Part shown: one piece after another, positions 39,210-48,964 of the stretch | How positions within the stretch are numbered: position 1 is the stretch's first letter | Layout: each line of letters starts with the position of its first letter | DNA from: Dehalococcoidia bacterium | Lineage (GTDB): Bacteria; Chloroflexota; Dehalococcoidia; Lucifugimonadales; UBA3495 | Direction of reading: 5' to 3' | DNA: 64,000 nt | Assembly: GCA_965203985.1 (NCBI GenBank) | Contig: CBDBDS010000006.1 | Span: forward strand, 16,588 to 80,587 | Position numbers and translations under genes: made by a program | Notes under the pieces: generated by a model | Database searches by the model: none | What the model was told of the DNA's origin: nothing | Seen by the model: the letters and a program-made list of their open reading frames with translations, nothing else

Positions 39210-39343
39210 GGGGTTCTCCTGACGCCGGCTGGCGCCGGGCTTTCGATTGGCCAGCTGATCGACGATCGGGCCCCTCCCTGCCGCTTTTTCATAATGTCCG
39301 TGTGCCCGATTTCAGCGGCACAGTCGAAACGAGGCGGTGCATC

Positions 39344-40375
39344 ATGGCGGTACAGGGTAAACGGCGCGTTGCGGAAACCTCCCATGGTCAACTGGAACTG
39401 ATACCTGGTTCGGCGGGACCCGACACAGGGGAAAAGGGTCAACCGGGAAAATCCGACGTTCCGCCGCCACCGGCTGTGGCGCGACGAAACGGGGACCACG
39501 AGAGTGACTACACGCAGCACGAGCTGGGTCGGCTGCTCGGGAACCGTGGTCCGGCGTCCTGGGACCGGTTGCGCGCCGCCGTGCGGGGACAGTTGGTCGC
39601 GGACTGGGAGAGCGGCGCAGATACCGTTGTGGACGTGATCCTGTTGAACGACCAGGTCCTCTGGGATTGGGACCGGTTCACGATCGCCAGGGAGCTGGAT
39701 CTGAGCGTGCGATTTCAGGAATACGTCGGCGGCGATCCCGTCGCCTTCCTGTGTGCTCAGGGGCTGCACGAACGGCAGCTGAGCCAGACTGGAAAAGCGC
39801 TGATCGTCGTGTCCATGTGCGAATGGCGCGGCAGGGGACGGCCCCAAAAATCCACAGTGGCTGTGGATTTTCCCAATGACACGGGCCGACGGTATGCGAT
39901 CGACGAGATGGCAGACCTGGCCGGAGTGGGTACCACGCTGATCAGCCAAGCCAAGGTAATTTGCTCGCTCGGTTTGGTGGAGGACGTTGCAGAAGGGAAA
40001 GTCGGCTTTGCGGAGGCGTACCGGCGTGCCCGAGTGGTGCGGGACTCGGAATGGGAACGAGACGTGTTGAACGGGGGAATGCCCTTTGATGACGCGTATG
40101 CGCGTGCTTTGGCGAACACACCCGATGTTCCTGAGGTACGCCCTCGTCAAACGAGATCCGTCAGGTCGCTGATCGAAGAGGTGGGTGAGTTGGAGCGGTC
40201 CAAAGCTGGGTTGGTGGAGGAGTTGCGGTTGCTGCGGGAGGACAACGCGGCGCAACGGTCGGCGGCGGCTGCCACTGCCATGGCACTGGAGCGAGAGCGA
40301 ATCAGGGCTGAACAAGCGGAGGCCGAGGTGAAACGACTGCGCGCGGCCCTCACACGTGCCGGACTACAGGCCTGA
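39344..40375 (+). CDS. ParB-N-terminal-domain-like protein with C-terminal coiled coil
   Basis: ILLNDQVLWDWDRFTIARELDLSVRFQEYVGGDPVAFLCAQGLHERQLSQTGKALIV follows the ParB/Srx-like phage-protein pattern (I..dg.i.DG..R..A...lg....f....g.d...f....N..RR.L...Q.A). The ATG at 39344 has GAGGCGG upstream. The track start is the GTG at 39302. Confidence 0.55.
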   Translation: MAVQGKRRVAETSHGQLELIPGSAGPDTGEKGQPGKSDVPPPPAVARRNGDHESDYTQHELGRLLGNRGPASWDRLRAAVRGQLVADWESGADTVVDVILLNDQVLWDWDRFTIARELDLSVRFQEYVGGDPVAFLCAQGLHERQLSQTGKALIVVSMCEWRGRGRPQKSTVAVDFPNDTGRRYAIDEMADLAGVGTTLISQAKVICSLGLVEDVAEGKVGFAEAYRRARVVRDSEWERDVLNGGMPFDDAYARALANTPDVPEVRPRQTRSVRSLIEEVGELERSKAGLVEELRLLREDNAAQRSAAAATAMALERERIRAEQAEAEVKRLRAALTRAGLQA

Positions 40376-40545
40376 CCATGGCAGGTCGTCAAACCAACCG
40401 AGAACTCGATGGTCATTCGTTGCAGCGCAAACATAACGGTTCACCAGAATGCATTGATCGCGTCATGCCGCGACACGGTCCCGGATAGCTGGGACCACTA
40501 AATTCCGTAACATCGGAACAGGACAGCATTTGACAGGAGGCGACT

Positions 40546-41562
40546 ATGGCACTAAGAGTGACCAAAGACGGAAAAGCATTGGTTTTCCAGCCGGAACAAC
40601 GCGAACTGTGCTCGAGGGAGGATACTGCTCAGACCCTGAGGAATCTCCACGGTCTCGGGGCGGTGTTTGCTCTGGACACTGTCGGATGGATCCAGAGATA
40701 CCAGTTGTTCCTCCGTATCGGTTCGGTCGAATCCGGAATCGGTCCACGCATCACGCATTCCTTTGAGGGAGTGCAACAAGCCGAGAAAAAAGCCTCTGAT
40801 TGGCTCCAGCTAAAGGCAGGTGAATACGGGCTGGTGCAGCCCCTGACTCTGTCTGATCACACCATGCTGCCGATCGCGGATTGTTCGCTCGAGGATGCTC
40901 GCGACCGGTGGGGGGAAGTATTCGCGGCCTTGGTCGCCCGTCCAGACGACTTGTGGCCCGGCAAGTTAGGTGTGCGAGTTGTCCTGCGACCGGCAGGTCG
41001 GGATTGGAGAGAGCACTTTATGAAGACCGCTCCCGTCGGCGATGAGGCACGGGGGACGAACATCGATCGCGAACGATGGGCTGACAGGGCTGGCGGGACG
41101 CCGTTCCACGCGCAAATTCAACTACTGGCGATCTGTCAGGACGATCCCACCCGGGTAGATCTCGCGAAGGCGGATGTGGCTAGGTTGGCCGAGCTGGTGC
41201 CTGCACTGACGGGGCAACGCGACGCTTGGAAACTTGGTACCAGTCTCGAGCGTTCCATGACATGGGCGGCTCTTAGATCACCAATCAGGTCTGCCCGCAA
41301 GCCAACTCTACCCTGGCCAGAGCTAAAGTTTCTGCCGGACGAGGGAGATTCGCCATATACGCTCAGTGCCGAGGAGGCGGCCGCGCTGTGGCCGGCTTGG
41401 ATGCCACGGGTGCGATCGCGTCACAGAACGCCGCAACATCTGACCACGACCGATGTGGAACTGCCCGCCGCACCTGAACGCGAGGGCACAGCCACGCCGG
41501 CCCGATCCGATGCAGCGGAGACGCGGCATGATTCCGCAACGAGTGCCGGATGGTTGCAGTGA
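40546..41562 (+). CDS. hypothetical protein
   Basis: 338-aa ORF with a strong AGGAGG SD. No family recognised. Confidence 0.65.
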   Translation: MALRVTKDGKALVFQPEQRELCSREDTAQTLRNLHGLGAVFALDTVGWIQRYQLFLRIGSVESGIGPRITHSFEGVQQAEKKASDWLQLKAGEYGLVQPLTLSDHTMLPIADCSLEDARDRWGEVFAALVARPDDLWPGKLGVRVVLRPAGRDWREHFMKTAPVGDEARGTNIDRERWADRAGGTPFHAQIQLLAICQDDPTRVDLAKADVARLAELVPALTGQRDAWKLGTSLERSMTWAALRSPIRSARKPTLPWPELKFLPDEGDSPYTLSAEEAAALWPAWMPRVRSRHRTPQHLTTTDVELPAAPEREGTATPARSDAAETRHDSATSAGWLQ

Positions 41563-41672
41563 GCGGGCCCGCGTTGATGCTGCGGATCCGGGCGGGTGGC
41601 TGTCGTCTCTGCCCCAAGCGCGGTTTCCGGCGCGGAAGACCGTGTTGGCCGGCTCTGGGGTTTCAACGCCTC

Positions 41673-42293
41673 CTATGACGCCGATGCGGACCGGAAGCCC
41701 ATCCGGGGCTTTCGGGATGGGACCAAGTCGACTGTATCTATGCCCTCCATGAGCGCCGATACCTCCGCCAGTGCCTGCCACCGCTCCAGGGGCTGTTGGA
41801 GCCGGCCTCGGGCCGCGGCATCGGCCAGCTTACCGGTGCAGCCCTCCAGGCCCCAGAGTAGCGGGATGCGCCCGCGGCGGGCCAGGCGCTCGATACGCTG
41901 GTCGGGGTCCGTATCGAATAACGCCAGGACCGGCGCAATCGGCACCGGGCGGTTCAGACCCTCCTGCAGGGTGTCTCTGATCGACAGCGCCTCCACCCGG
42001 GCCTGTTCCAAGGGCGACGGCGTGATCCGAGGTCCCGACCCGGTATTGACGCGCCACTGCCCACCTTGTAGGAAGTGGGGGGCATACCTCACCGTCAGAC
42101 AAAAACGGCCGATGTTCAACAGCCAGGCGCCGAACACCGGCTCCGGCCAGTTGGCCTCGGGACCCCAGTAGCGCAGGAAGAAGGCGGGCACGCCGTCTGT
42201 GCCGCCGCGGGTCAGCAGGACAGCGGTGGCCCGATCCTGGGCGGCGTTTCCGTTATCGTGGTGGTGGTCGGGATGTAGATGTTCATGTTGCAT
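41673..42293 (-). CDS. NERD-like paralogue C (catalytic residues degenerate), His-rich N-terminus
   Basis: AAGGAG SD. It aligns with 45665..46414 and 42719..43450 over IGRFCLTVRYAPHFLQGGQWRVNTGSG...SPLEQARVEAL...IAPVLALFDTDPDQRI...PLLWGLEG. Confidence 0.6.
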   Translation of the reverse strand: MQHEHLHPDHHHDNGNAAQDRATAVLLTRGGTDGVPAFFLRYWGPEANWPEPVFGAWLLNIGRFCLTVRYAPHFLQGGQWRVNTGSGPRITPSPLEQARVEALSIRDTLQEGLNRPVPIAPVLALFDTDPDQRIERLARRGRIPLLWGLEGCTGKLADAAARGRLQQPLERWQALAEVSALMEGIDTVDLVPSRKPRMGFRSASAS

Positions 42294-42718
42294 GAGGTCT
42301 GCTCCTTGGCGCCGCGCTCTAGCGGCGCGGGTCTTCGTGTTGGATATTGATGTGGCCGACTACGAGCCCTCCCCGGCGACGATGCGGCACGCCCCCTCCC
42401 AATTGCCCGACGTCGAATACCAGGACGTCACGGACAATTGTGATACCGGAGAAAAGCTGACCAACGGGTCAACCAATACGCGGTGGTCAGCCGGACCCGG
42501 TTCGTCGCCAACATCCACCCTCCGGTGGCACTTCCGCTCACCGGAGCGTGTCAGCGTCGGCGCCAGCACCCTGTTTCGACTGTAGGCGCAGTTGTCCCGG
42601 GCTCTGGGAGCGTCGGCGCTTCTTGTCATCACCGACTTTGAAATGTGCGAAAGTAGCAAAGTGGAATTTGGGCCGGGGGCGGAGGGTGCCCAAACAGGGC
42701 CACTCCACCCTCCTTTCC

Positions 42719-43450
42719 TTACTGTCCTGCGGCGGTGAACGGTGGAAACGCGTCGCCATCCACCGCGGATCCATTGACGTTAATGGTCACCCGGGCGCCG
42801 CTGGCCACGTTGACGATGACGCTCTTGGCGTCGTTGAGGTTCAGCACCCCCGATTCCAGGTCCACTTGGACTTCTTCCGGGGCCGCGCCACCTTCAGGCG
42901 AGGGGCCTCTGGTCAAGGCTTTCACGTCCCTTTGGATGTATTTGGAGCTGAGGTCGGACCGGCGTTTGTCTTCCGGCAGTTGCCGGATGACGCGTTCCAC
43001 CAGGTCGTCCAGGCCCCAGAGGACCTTGACGCCCGGACTCCCCCGCTCTTCCAGGATCGTCTCGTCGGGATCCATGTCGGTGAATACGGCGACCGGAACG
43101 ACGAAACCGCCAAAGTTGAAGTCACGGTGAATTTCATCCCGGGCCGCCATGCCGGCTTCCCAGACGGTTTCGAGCGGGTCTGCCACCTCGATGTCTCTGC
43201 CGTCAGCGCCGCGGTGATACCAGTTATCGCCTTCCATTCCGTAGTTGCCGGGGAGAAAGGAGACGGCAAACCGCCCGATTTTCTGGACTCCGACCACGCA
43301 GTGGGGCGAGGTGCGGTTGCCCGACACCCAAGGGCGCCACACCGCGGCGCCTTCTCGATCACTGGCTTCAAACTGGGCCATGGCGTTGCGCTCGGCGGAA
43401 CTCAGCGGAGTTTGGCTGCTTCCGTTGGTCAGGTGGTTAATTACTTGCAT
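42719..43450 (-). CDS. NERD-like paralogue B (degenerate core) with C-terminal beta-rich extension
   Basis: GAGGTG SD before the ATG at 43450. IGRFAVSFLPGNYGMEGDNWYHRGADG...DPLETVWEAG...VVPVAVFTDMDPDETI...VKVLWGLDD. Confidence 0.6.
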   Translation of the reverse strand: MQVINHLTNGSSQTPLSSAERNAMAQFEASDREGAAVWRPWVSGNRTSPHCVVGVQKIGRFAVSFLPGNYGMEGDNWYHRGADGRDIEVADPLETVWEAGMAARDEIHRDFNFGGFVVPVAVFTDMDPDETILEERGSPGVKVLWGLDDLVERVIRQLPEDKRRSDLSSKYIQRDVKALTRGPSPEGGAAPEEVQVDLESGVLNLNDAKSVIVNVASGARVTINVNGSAVDGDAFPPFTAAGQ

Positions 43451-43726
43451 CAGTTGCACCTCATGGTGACGTGTTGTGGCTTGGCTGCGGGACAAACGCA
43501 AATGCGGGCGGCCCATGATTCCAAATGGACCGCCCACAGCATTCGGCGCACGGGTGGTTTGGTGATGGTTGGCGACCGAGAGCCGGCCTCCCGAATTACA
43601 GGTGGGCCGCGCGGGCAATGGTCGTCGGGTCGAGTGTTCATTTGCGTCTGCTTCCTGTCGTGGGCATCGGTTGTCGGCTTCGTCGCGGCGGTGCCCGTCA
43701 AGTTGGTTCCGGCCGCAATTCTCACG

Positions 43727-45508
43727 TCATGCTCGTGTCCCACGAGGAGGGACGCCTTGACCACCGCGTGGTCCCATGCGCACCACGACCCGCTTCGCGC
43801 GCAAACCCGTAACCCGCCCCGGCGGTGGTGGCTGGACCCGATGCGGGTCGCGAGGAGCTTCTGCCGGACCGGTCCGGAAGCGCTGGCGCGCCAACGCCCT
43901 CAACTCTTCGCCGGTGAGATCCGCCCAGGGCCTTGCCATCCGCCGGATGGGATCGAACCGCGCCCGGGGCGGCTCTCCCGAGCTCAGGACCAGCAAACGC
44001 CTGGCCCGGGAAAAGGCCACGTAGTGCTGCCGCATGTGATCGAAGCCGGCGATGCGGTCGTCGGGCTCCAAGGGCCTGCGCCGGGCGTAGGGCAGCAATA
44101 CCCGGCCCACCGGGTCAACGTCGCGGTTGTTGAAGTCAAGGGAACCGGCCACCACCACGTCCCACTCCAACCCCTTGGCCCGATGGATGGTGGTGACCGC
44201 CACCTCGCCGGGTCCCCGGCGTCGACCGGTCCCATCGGCAGTGGAACCTCGCCTGGGGAAGGCGGCGGGAATGTCGGCATAGTCCAGGGCGTCCATGTAG
44301 CGGCCCGCCACCTCGTCGCGCACGCTGTGCAGCAGCAGGGCCACCTGGGAATAGTCGCCGATCACACGGTTGCGTTTCAGGAACCGCAGCAGGTCCACCA
44401 GTTGGTCCTCCTCGTCCCCCGGACTCCTCCCTTCGATGGAGATCAGGGCCGGGTAATCGGCGTCCTCCGCACGCCGTGGGGTGATGGTCTTTTCGTGCCG
44501 GAAGGATGGGAGGCCGGGATTGGGATTGGACCAGTTGGCCGACGCCATCCACCGGTCGCAGGCCCGAACTATGACGCCGTGGCTGCGGTGGTTGGAGGTG
44601 AGGCTCACCACGCGGCAGTCGGGGAAGCGTTGGGGGAAATTCAGGATGTTCTCCACAGTGGCGCCGCGGAATCGGTAGAGGGCCTGGTCCTCGTCGCCCA
44701 CCACGCACAGGTTGCCGTGGGTTTGGGACAGCTGCGTGAGCAGACGCTCCTGGACGTGACTGGTGTCCTGGTATTCGTCGCACAACAGGTGCACTATCCC
44801 GCCCGAGATCTCAGCCGCGGTCTCCTCGTCGTCCTCCAGGAGTTCCACCAACCACCGTTGCAGGTGGCCGAAATCGGCCGCGCCTTGATCAAGCAACAGG
44901 TTCTCGTAGCGCCGGTAGGATCGGCCCAACGCGGCGGTGAAGCGCCGGCCCGAGTCGATGAGTTCCCGGGGGTCGATGAGTTCGTCGCAGATGCGGTCGA
45001 AGTACTTGGCCGCATTGCGCACCACGGCGTCGGGCCGCCGCCATCCCCGTCGTTCCAGCCGGCCCAGGTCGGGACCGAAGACCTCACCCAGGTGGCGGGC
45101 CAGCAGGCCCATCCTCTCGTCTTCGCTCAGGACCCGGAACCGGCCACGTAAGCCAATGCGTTTACCCAGACGCCTCAGCTGTTGGGCGCAGAAACCGTGG
45201 AGTGTGGTGATGCGCACCTGCGACGCGTCGCCGTCATAGCCGGCGGCCGAGACCGTGGCGTCGAAGCGCCGGCGCAACTCCCGGGCCGCGGCCCGGCTGT
45301 AGGTGCATAACAGCAGGTTCCGGGGCTCGACTGCGCCCAGCATCAACAGGTTGGCCGAACGCCGGACGATGGCCAGGGTTTTGCCCGCGCCCGGTCCGGC
45401 AATGCCCAGGACGGGACCCTCAAGGTGTCCGATCAACTCAACCTGCCGATCGTCCGCCTCCGGCTGCAGGCGGAGAATGGCGGGGGCTATGGTGTTGGCG
45501 CTGCTCAT
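43727..45508 (-). CDS. UvrD/Rep-family SF1 helicase
   Basis: Walker A GPGAGKTLAIV. Also LLCDEYQDTS, VVGDEDQALYRFRGATVENI, TIHRAKGLEWDVV and YVAFSRARRLLVLS. Confidence 0.9.
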   Translation of the reverse strand: MSSANTIAPAILRLQPEADDRQVELIGHLEGPVLGIAGPGAGKTLAIVRRSANLLMLGAVEPRNLLLCTYSRAAARELRRRFDATVSAAGYDGDASQVRITTLHGFCAQQLRRLGKRIGLRGRFRVLSEDERMGLLARHLGEVFGPDLGRLERRGWRRPDAVVRNAAKYFDRICDELIDPRELIDSGRRFTAALGRSYRRYENLLLDQGAADFGHLQRWLVELLEDDEETAAEISGGIVHLLCDEYQDTSHVQERLLTQLSQTHGNLCVVGDEDQALYRFRGATVENILNFPQRFPDCRVVSLTSNHRSHGVIVRACDRWMASANWSNPNPGLPSFRHEKTITPRRAEDADYPALISIEGRSPGDEEDQLVDLLRFLKRNRVIGDYSQVALLLHSVRDEVAGRYMDALDYADIPAAFPRRGSTADGTGRRRGPGEVAVTTIHRAKGLEWDVVVAGSLDFNNRDVDPVGRVLLPYARRRPLEPDDRIAGFDHMRQHYVAFSRARRLLVLSSGEPPRARFDPIRRMARPWADLTGEELRALARQRFRTGPAEAPRDPHRVQPPPPGRVTGLRAKRVVVRMGPRGGQGVPPRGTRA

Positions 45509-45664
45509 GTAAGGATATCTCCAAAGTCTGGTTTCCGGTTTCGGACCGGTTTCGGGACCCGTCGCCTACGCCAACGGCGGCTCCCACGTGCAAATTGGGT
45601 TAAGCGCCTTGAAACGGGGTTGCGGTCACCCACCGGGTCGTAGGCGGGGCGGAAACGCCGGCGG

Positions 45665-46414
45665 TCAACCGGGATGGTCGGGCCTGGTGGAGGCGCGTTG
45701 TCCGATTTCCAGTCTCAACGCCTGGCCCCGGACCTCCAGCACGCGCTTCCCGTTGACCGCAAACGCCAGGACTGCCACGCTCGCCGGCGCGGAATCCGAG
45801 CCGGCTTCGGCATCAGCGTTGGATTCGGAATCCTCCCCGAACTCGCCCAACCGGATCTGGCCGTCGGAGATGGCGCAGACCTCCCGGGCGATGCGCTCCC
45901 GCGACAACCGGTTCGATATGCCCCGGGCGGATGCGATCTCGGCCAAGTCCGATACCAGGCTCGCCACGCCCCAGACCAGGTACACCCCCTTCCGCGCGGC
46001 CAGGCGCATGATGGCCTGGTCGGGTTCCATGTCGGGAAACACCAGCACGGGGACGACGAACGGGTTGTAGCCGGCGTGAGCCTGTTCGGCGATTTCATCG
46101 TGGAGATCCAGCGCCGCCAGCCAGGTCTCATCCAGCGGCGATGTCCCAACAGCCTGTACGCCGTTTCCGGTTTTCCGATGCCACTCGCCACCAATGAGTT
46201 GGTGGTGGCCACCCTTCACCTGTAGGGCGAAGCGGTCCAGACCGGCGATCCAGACGCCGAAGTCGAGTTCGATATGTCCGTAACCACGTCGCCACTCGTA
46301 ATAGACGAAACCCTGGCGGTCGCTGCCAGCCAGGGCTTCGTAAACTCGCTGCTCGGCTCGCCGTTTTGGCCTTTTGCGGCGACCGGACGGGAACGCTTTC
46401 GGGTACATTTTCAT
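45665..46414 (-). CDS. NERD-like paralogue A (best-preserved core)
   Basis: AAGGAG SD. HIELDFGVWIAGLDRFALQVKGGHHQLIGGEWHRKTGNG...SPLDETWLAAL...VVPVLVFPDMEPDQAI...YLVWGV follows the NERD pattern (D...E/Q.K..sG.i.g...W....nP..Q). Confidence 0.7.
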   Translation of the reverse strand: MKMYPKAFPSGRRKRPKRRAEQRVYEALAGSDRQGFVYYEWRRGYGHIELDFGVWIAGLDRFALQVKGGHHQLIGGEWHRKTGNGVQAVGTSPLDETWLAALDLHDEIAEQAHAGYNPFVVPVLVFPDMEPDQAIMRLAARKGVYLVWGVASLVSDLAEIASARGISNRLSRERIAREVCAISDGQIRLGEFGEDSESNADAEAGSDSAPASVAVLAFAVNGKRVLEVRGQALRLEIGQRASTRPDHPG

Positions 46415-46576
46415 GAGTCAACTCCTTGGTTATGTGCTGATTGTCAATTTTCACCATCTTTGATCGGGTAAACGGCGAGATTTTCACGGTCTTTGACCAC
46501 CCTGGGAGCCGCAAGGGCGACCATTGGTGCACTTCAAACCAGAGGTGCAGCGATGGCGTACAAGGAGGTTCCCCGA

Positions 46577-48114
46577 ATGGAGATAAAGGAAGTCATCCGC
46601 CGTTGGCAGGCCGGAGCCAGCCCAGGGGAGATCGCGTCAGGCACTCGGCTGTCCCGCAACACGGTGCGCAAGTACCTGGCGGCGGCACAAGCATAGGGCG
46701 TCAGCCGGGACGGACCGGTTCCCGACGAGGAGCAACTGAGCCGGCTGGCGGCGGTCGGTCAGACCGGGCCGCGGCAGGTGGAGACGCCCAGACAGGATCT
46801 GTTGGAGCCATGGGCAGGCCAGATCTACCAATGGCTGACCGGCGACCGGCTACAGATGGCCCGCATCCACGAGTTGCTGACCATCCGCGGCTGTGCGGTG
46901 TCTTATCCATCGCTGCGGCGTTTCATCATCAAGCGCAACTGGCGCAAGATCGGCAAGACCACGGTGCGGATGGAGGACACGCCGCCAGGTGAAGTGGCCG
47001 AGGCGGACTTCGGTCGGTTGGGCCTGATCAACGACCCAGCCATGGGCAAACGCAGGGTGGTGTGGGCCATGGTCATCGTGCTTTGCCACTCCAGACACTG
47101 CTTCGTCTGGCCCATGGTGCAGCACAAGCTGGAGGACGTCATCGCCGGCCTGGAAGCAGCCTGGGCTTTCTTCGGCGGGATGCCGCACTATCTGGTGATC
47201 GACAATTTCCCCGCCGCGGTGGTCGGGCCGGACCCATTGGACCCCCACTTCACCAAGGGCTTTCTGGAATACGCCCAGCACCGGGGCTTCATCGCCGACC
47301 CGGCGCGGACCGGCCACCCCAAGGACAAGCCGAAGGTGGAGCGTAAGGTCCGCTACACCCGGGGCGCTTCTTCAAGGACGCCGAATTTCACGGTCTGGCC
47401 CACTTGAGAGCCGAGACCCAGCGATCGTGTCTTCGGGTGGCAGGCCAACGGATCCACGGTACCACCCGCAAGAAGCCGCTGGTGGTCTTCCAGGATGAGG
47501 AGCGCCACACCCTCTTTCCCTGGGACGGCGAGCCCTACGACATCGGCGACTGGCGCACCGCCAAGGTCCATCCGGATCATCACATCCAGTGCCAGCAGGC
47601 GCTGTACTCGGTGCCGTCCCATCTCTGCCCGCCGAGACAGGAGGTGGAAGTCCGGCTGGACAGCAAGCTGGTACGCATCTACCACCGGGGCAAGCTGATC
47701 AAGACCCACCTCCGCCAGCCCAAGGGAGGCCGGTCCACCGACCCAGAAGATTATCCCGCCGTGCTGGCTCCCTACACCACCAGAGCGCCGGACCACATCA
47801 AGCGGGAGGCGACGAAGCTGGGGCCGGCGGTGGACGAATTCGCCCGGCGTCTTTTCGCCGGAGATCACCCCTGGTCCAAGATCCGGCAGGGATACAAGCT
47901 GCTACGCCTGGGTGAGCGCTACACCGCCCAACGCCTGGACGCCGCCTGCTGCAAAGCCCTCAAAGTGGATCTCATCGACGTGCGCCGTCTGGAACGCATC
48001 CTGGTGCAGGCCCTGGAAGATGAAGCCATGCCCCAACTTCCGCTGCCCATACCAGCCGGCCGCTTCGCCCATCCCGGCAGCGCCTTCGCTCTTGCTATAG
48101 GAGGCCAGTCATGA
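46577..48114 (+). pseudogene. istA: IS21 IstA transposase with in-frame TAG and one frameshift
   Basis: MEIKEVIRRWQAGASPGEIASGTRLSRNTVRKYL (AAGGAGG SD). In-frame TAG at 46694-46696. Frame change at the CGGGG run near 47355-47365 (...KVERKVRYTRG / RFFKDAEFHGLAHLRAETQ...HGTT). Confidence 0.8.
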
Positions 48115-48878
48115 CTCGCGTAACCGAACTCACGCCACTACTCAAGCGGCTGCGACTGGGGCAAATGGCCGCCACCCTGCCCGAGCGTATCGCCCTGGCC
48201 AGAAGGGAGCAACTGGACTACGTCTCCTTCCTGGAAATCATCCTCAGCGACGAGGTCAACCGCCGTGATCACCGCCGCATCGAACTGCGCCTCAATGGCG
48301 CCGGCTTCCAGGAGACCTGTCGTCTGGAAGACTTCGACTGGTCGGCGTCAATTACTCTTGACCGTCGCCTGCTGGACGCCGCCTTCTCATTAGAGTTTCT
48401 CGACAGGCACGAGCACGTCCTCCTGGTGGGACCGGCTGGCGTCGGCAAGAGCTTCCTCGCCCAGGCCCTGGGCTATGCTGCTGTCCGCGCCGGATACACC
48501 GTGCGCTTCAGCCACGCCGACGACTTCTTCAAGTCCATGACACAGGCCAGAGTGGACAACTCGGTGGACCGCGCTTTCCGCTCATTTCTGACGCCCGACC
48601 TGCTCATCCTCGACGATCTGGGACTGCACCGCCTCACCGCCCAGCAGTCCACCGACCTCTACGAGCTGATCCTCAATCGACATCGGTCGTCCAGCTTCGT
48701 CATCACCAGCAACCGGGCCGTCGACGAGTGGCTAGGTCTCTTTGACGACCCCATCCTCGGCAATAGCGCCTTGGACCGCCTGGCCAACGCCAGCTATCAG
48801 ATCGTCATCGAGGGCACCAGCTACCGGGAACGCCTGTCCCCACACCGCGTCCTGCTGGGCGCTGCAGGAGGTGATTGA
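48111..48878 (+). CDS. istB: IS21 IstB ATPase
   Basis: 255 aa. Walker A GPAGVGKSFLAQALG, LLILDDLG, ITSNR. Its start overlaps the istA stop. Confidence 0.9.
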   Translation: MTRVTELTPLLKRLRLGQMAATLPERIALARREQLDYVSFLEIILSDEVNRRDHRRIELRLNGAGFQETCRLEDFDWSASITLDRRLLDAAFSLEFLDRHEHVLLVGPAGVGKSFLAQALGYAAVRAGYTVRFSHADDFFKSMTQARVDNSVDRAFRSFLTPDLLILDDLGLHRLTAQQSTDLYELILNRHRSSSFVITSNRAVDEWLGLFDDPILGNSALDRLANASYQIVIEGTSYRERLSPHRVLLGAAGGD

Positions 48879-48964
48879 CCGCCAAATAGCAACCTGATAT
48901 TAGTCACACCCACCGCGCTCCCAGGGCGGTCAAAGACCGTAAAAATCGACACCATGGTAAACCG

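Larger units (their letters stand above)
37507..39215 (+). repeat. four tandem units (460-bp period) of a promoter-like site plus conserved non-coding core
   Basis: The TAGAAT landmark lies at 37559, 38019, 38480 and 38939. The GGCTGATGCGCGCCAGGTC landmark lies at 37513, 37856, 38316 and 38776. Unit 1 lacks the ~117-bp spacer segment. Indels between units break every reading frame. Confidence 0.9.
46479..48947 (+). mobile_element. IS21-family insertion sequence (boundaries approximate)
   Basis: The 31-bp inverted repeats match at 29/31: GATTTTCACGGTCTTTGACCACCCTGGGAGC at 46479-46509 and its near-complement at 48917-48947. An extra partial repeat lies at 46445-46473. istA-istB gene pair. Confidence 0.75.

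Noticed and set aside
37507-39215. Possible CRISPR array
   Set aside because: The repeat period is 460 bp with near-complete unit conservation. There is no short-repeat/unique-spacer organisation and there are no cas genes.
42548-45151. 867-aa plus-strand ORF
   Set aside because: It is antisense to the UvrD-family helicase and NERD-like paralogue B, both with strong motifs and SD sites. The sequence is Gly/Pro/Arg/Val-rich with no motifs.
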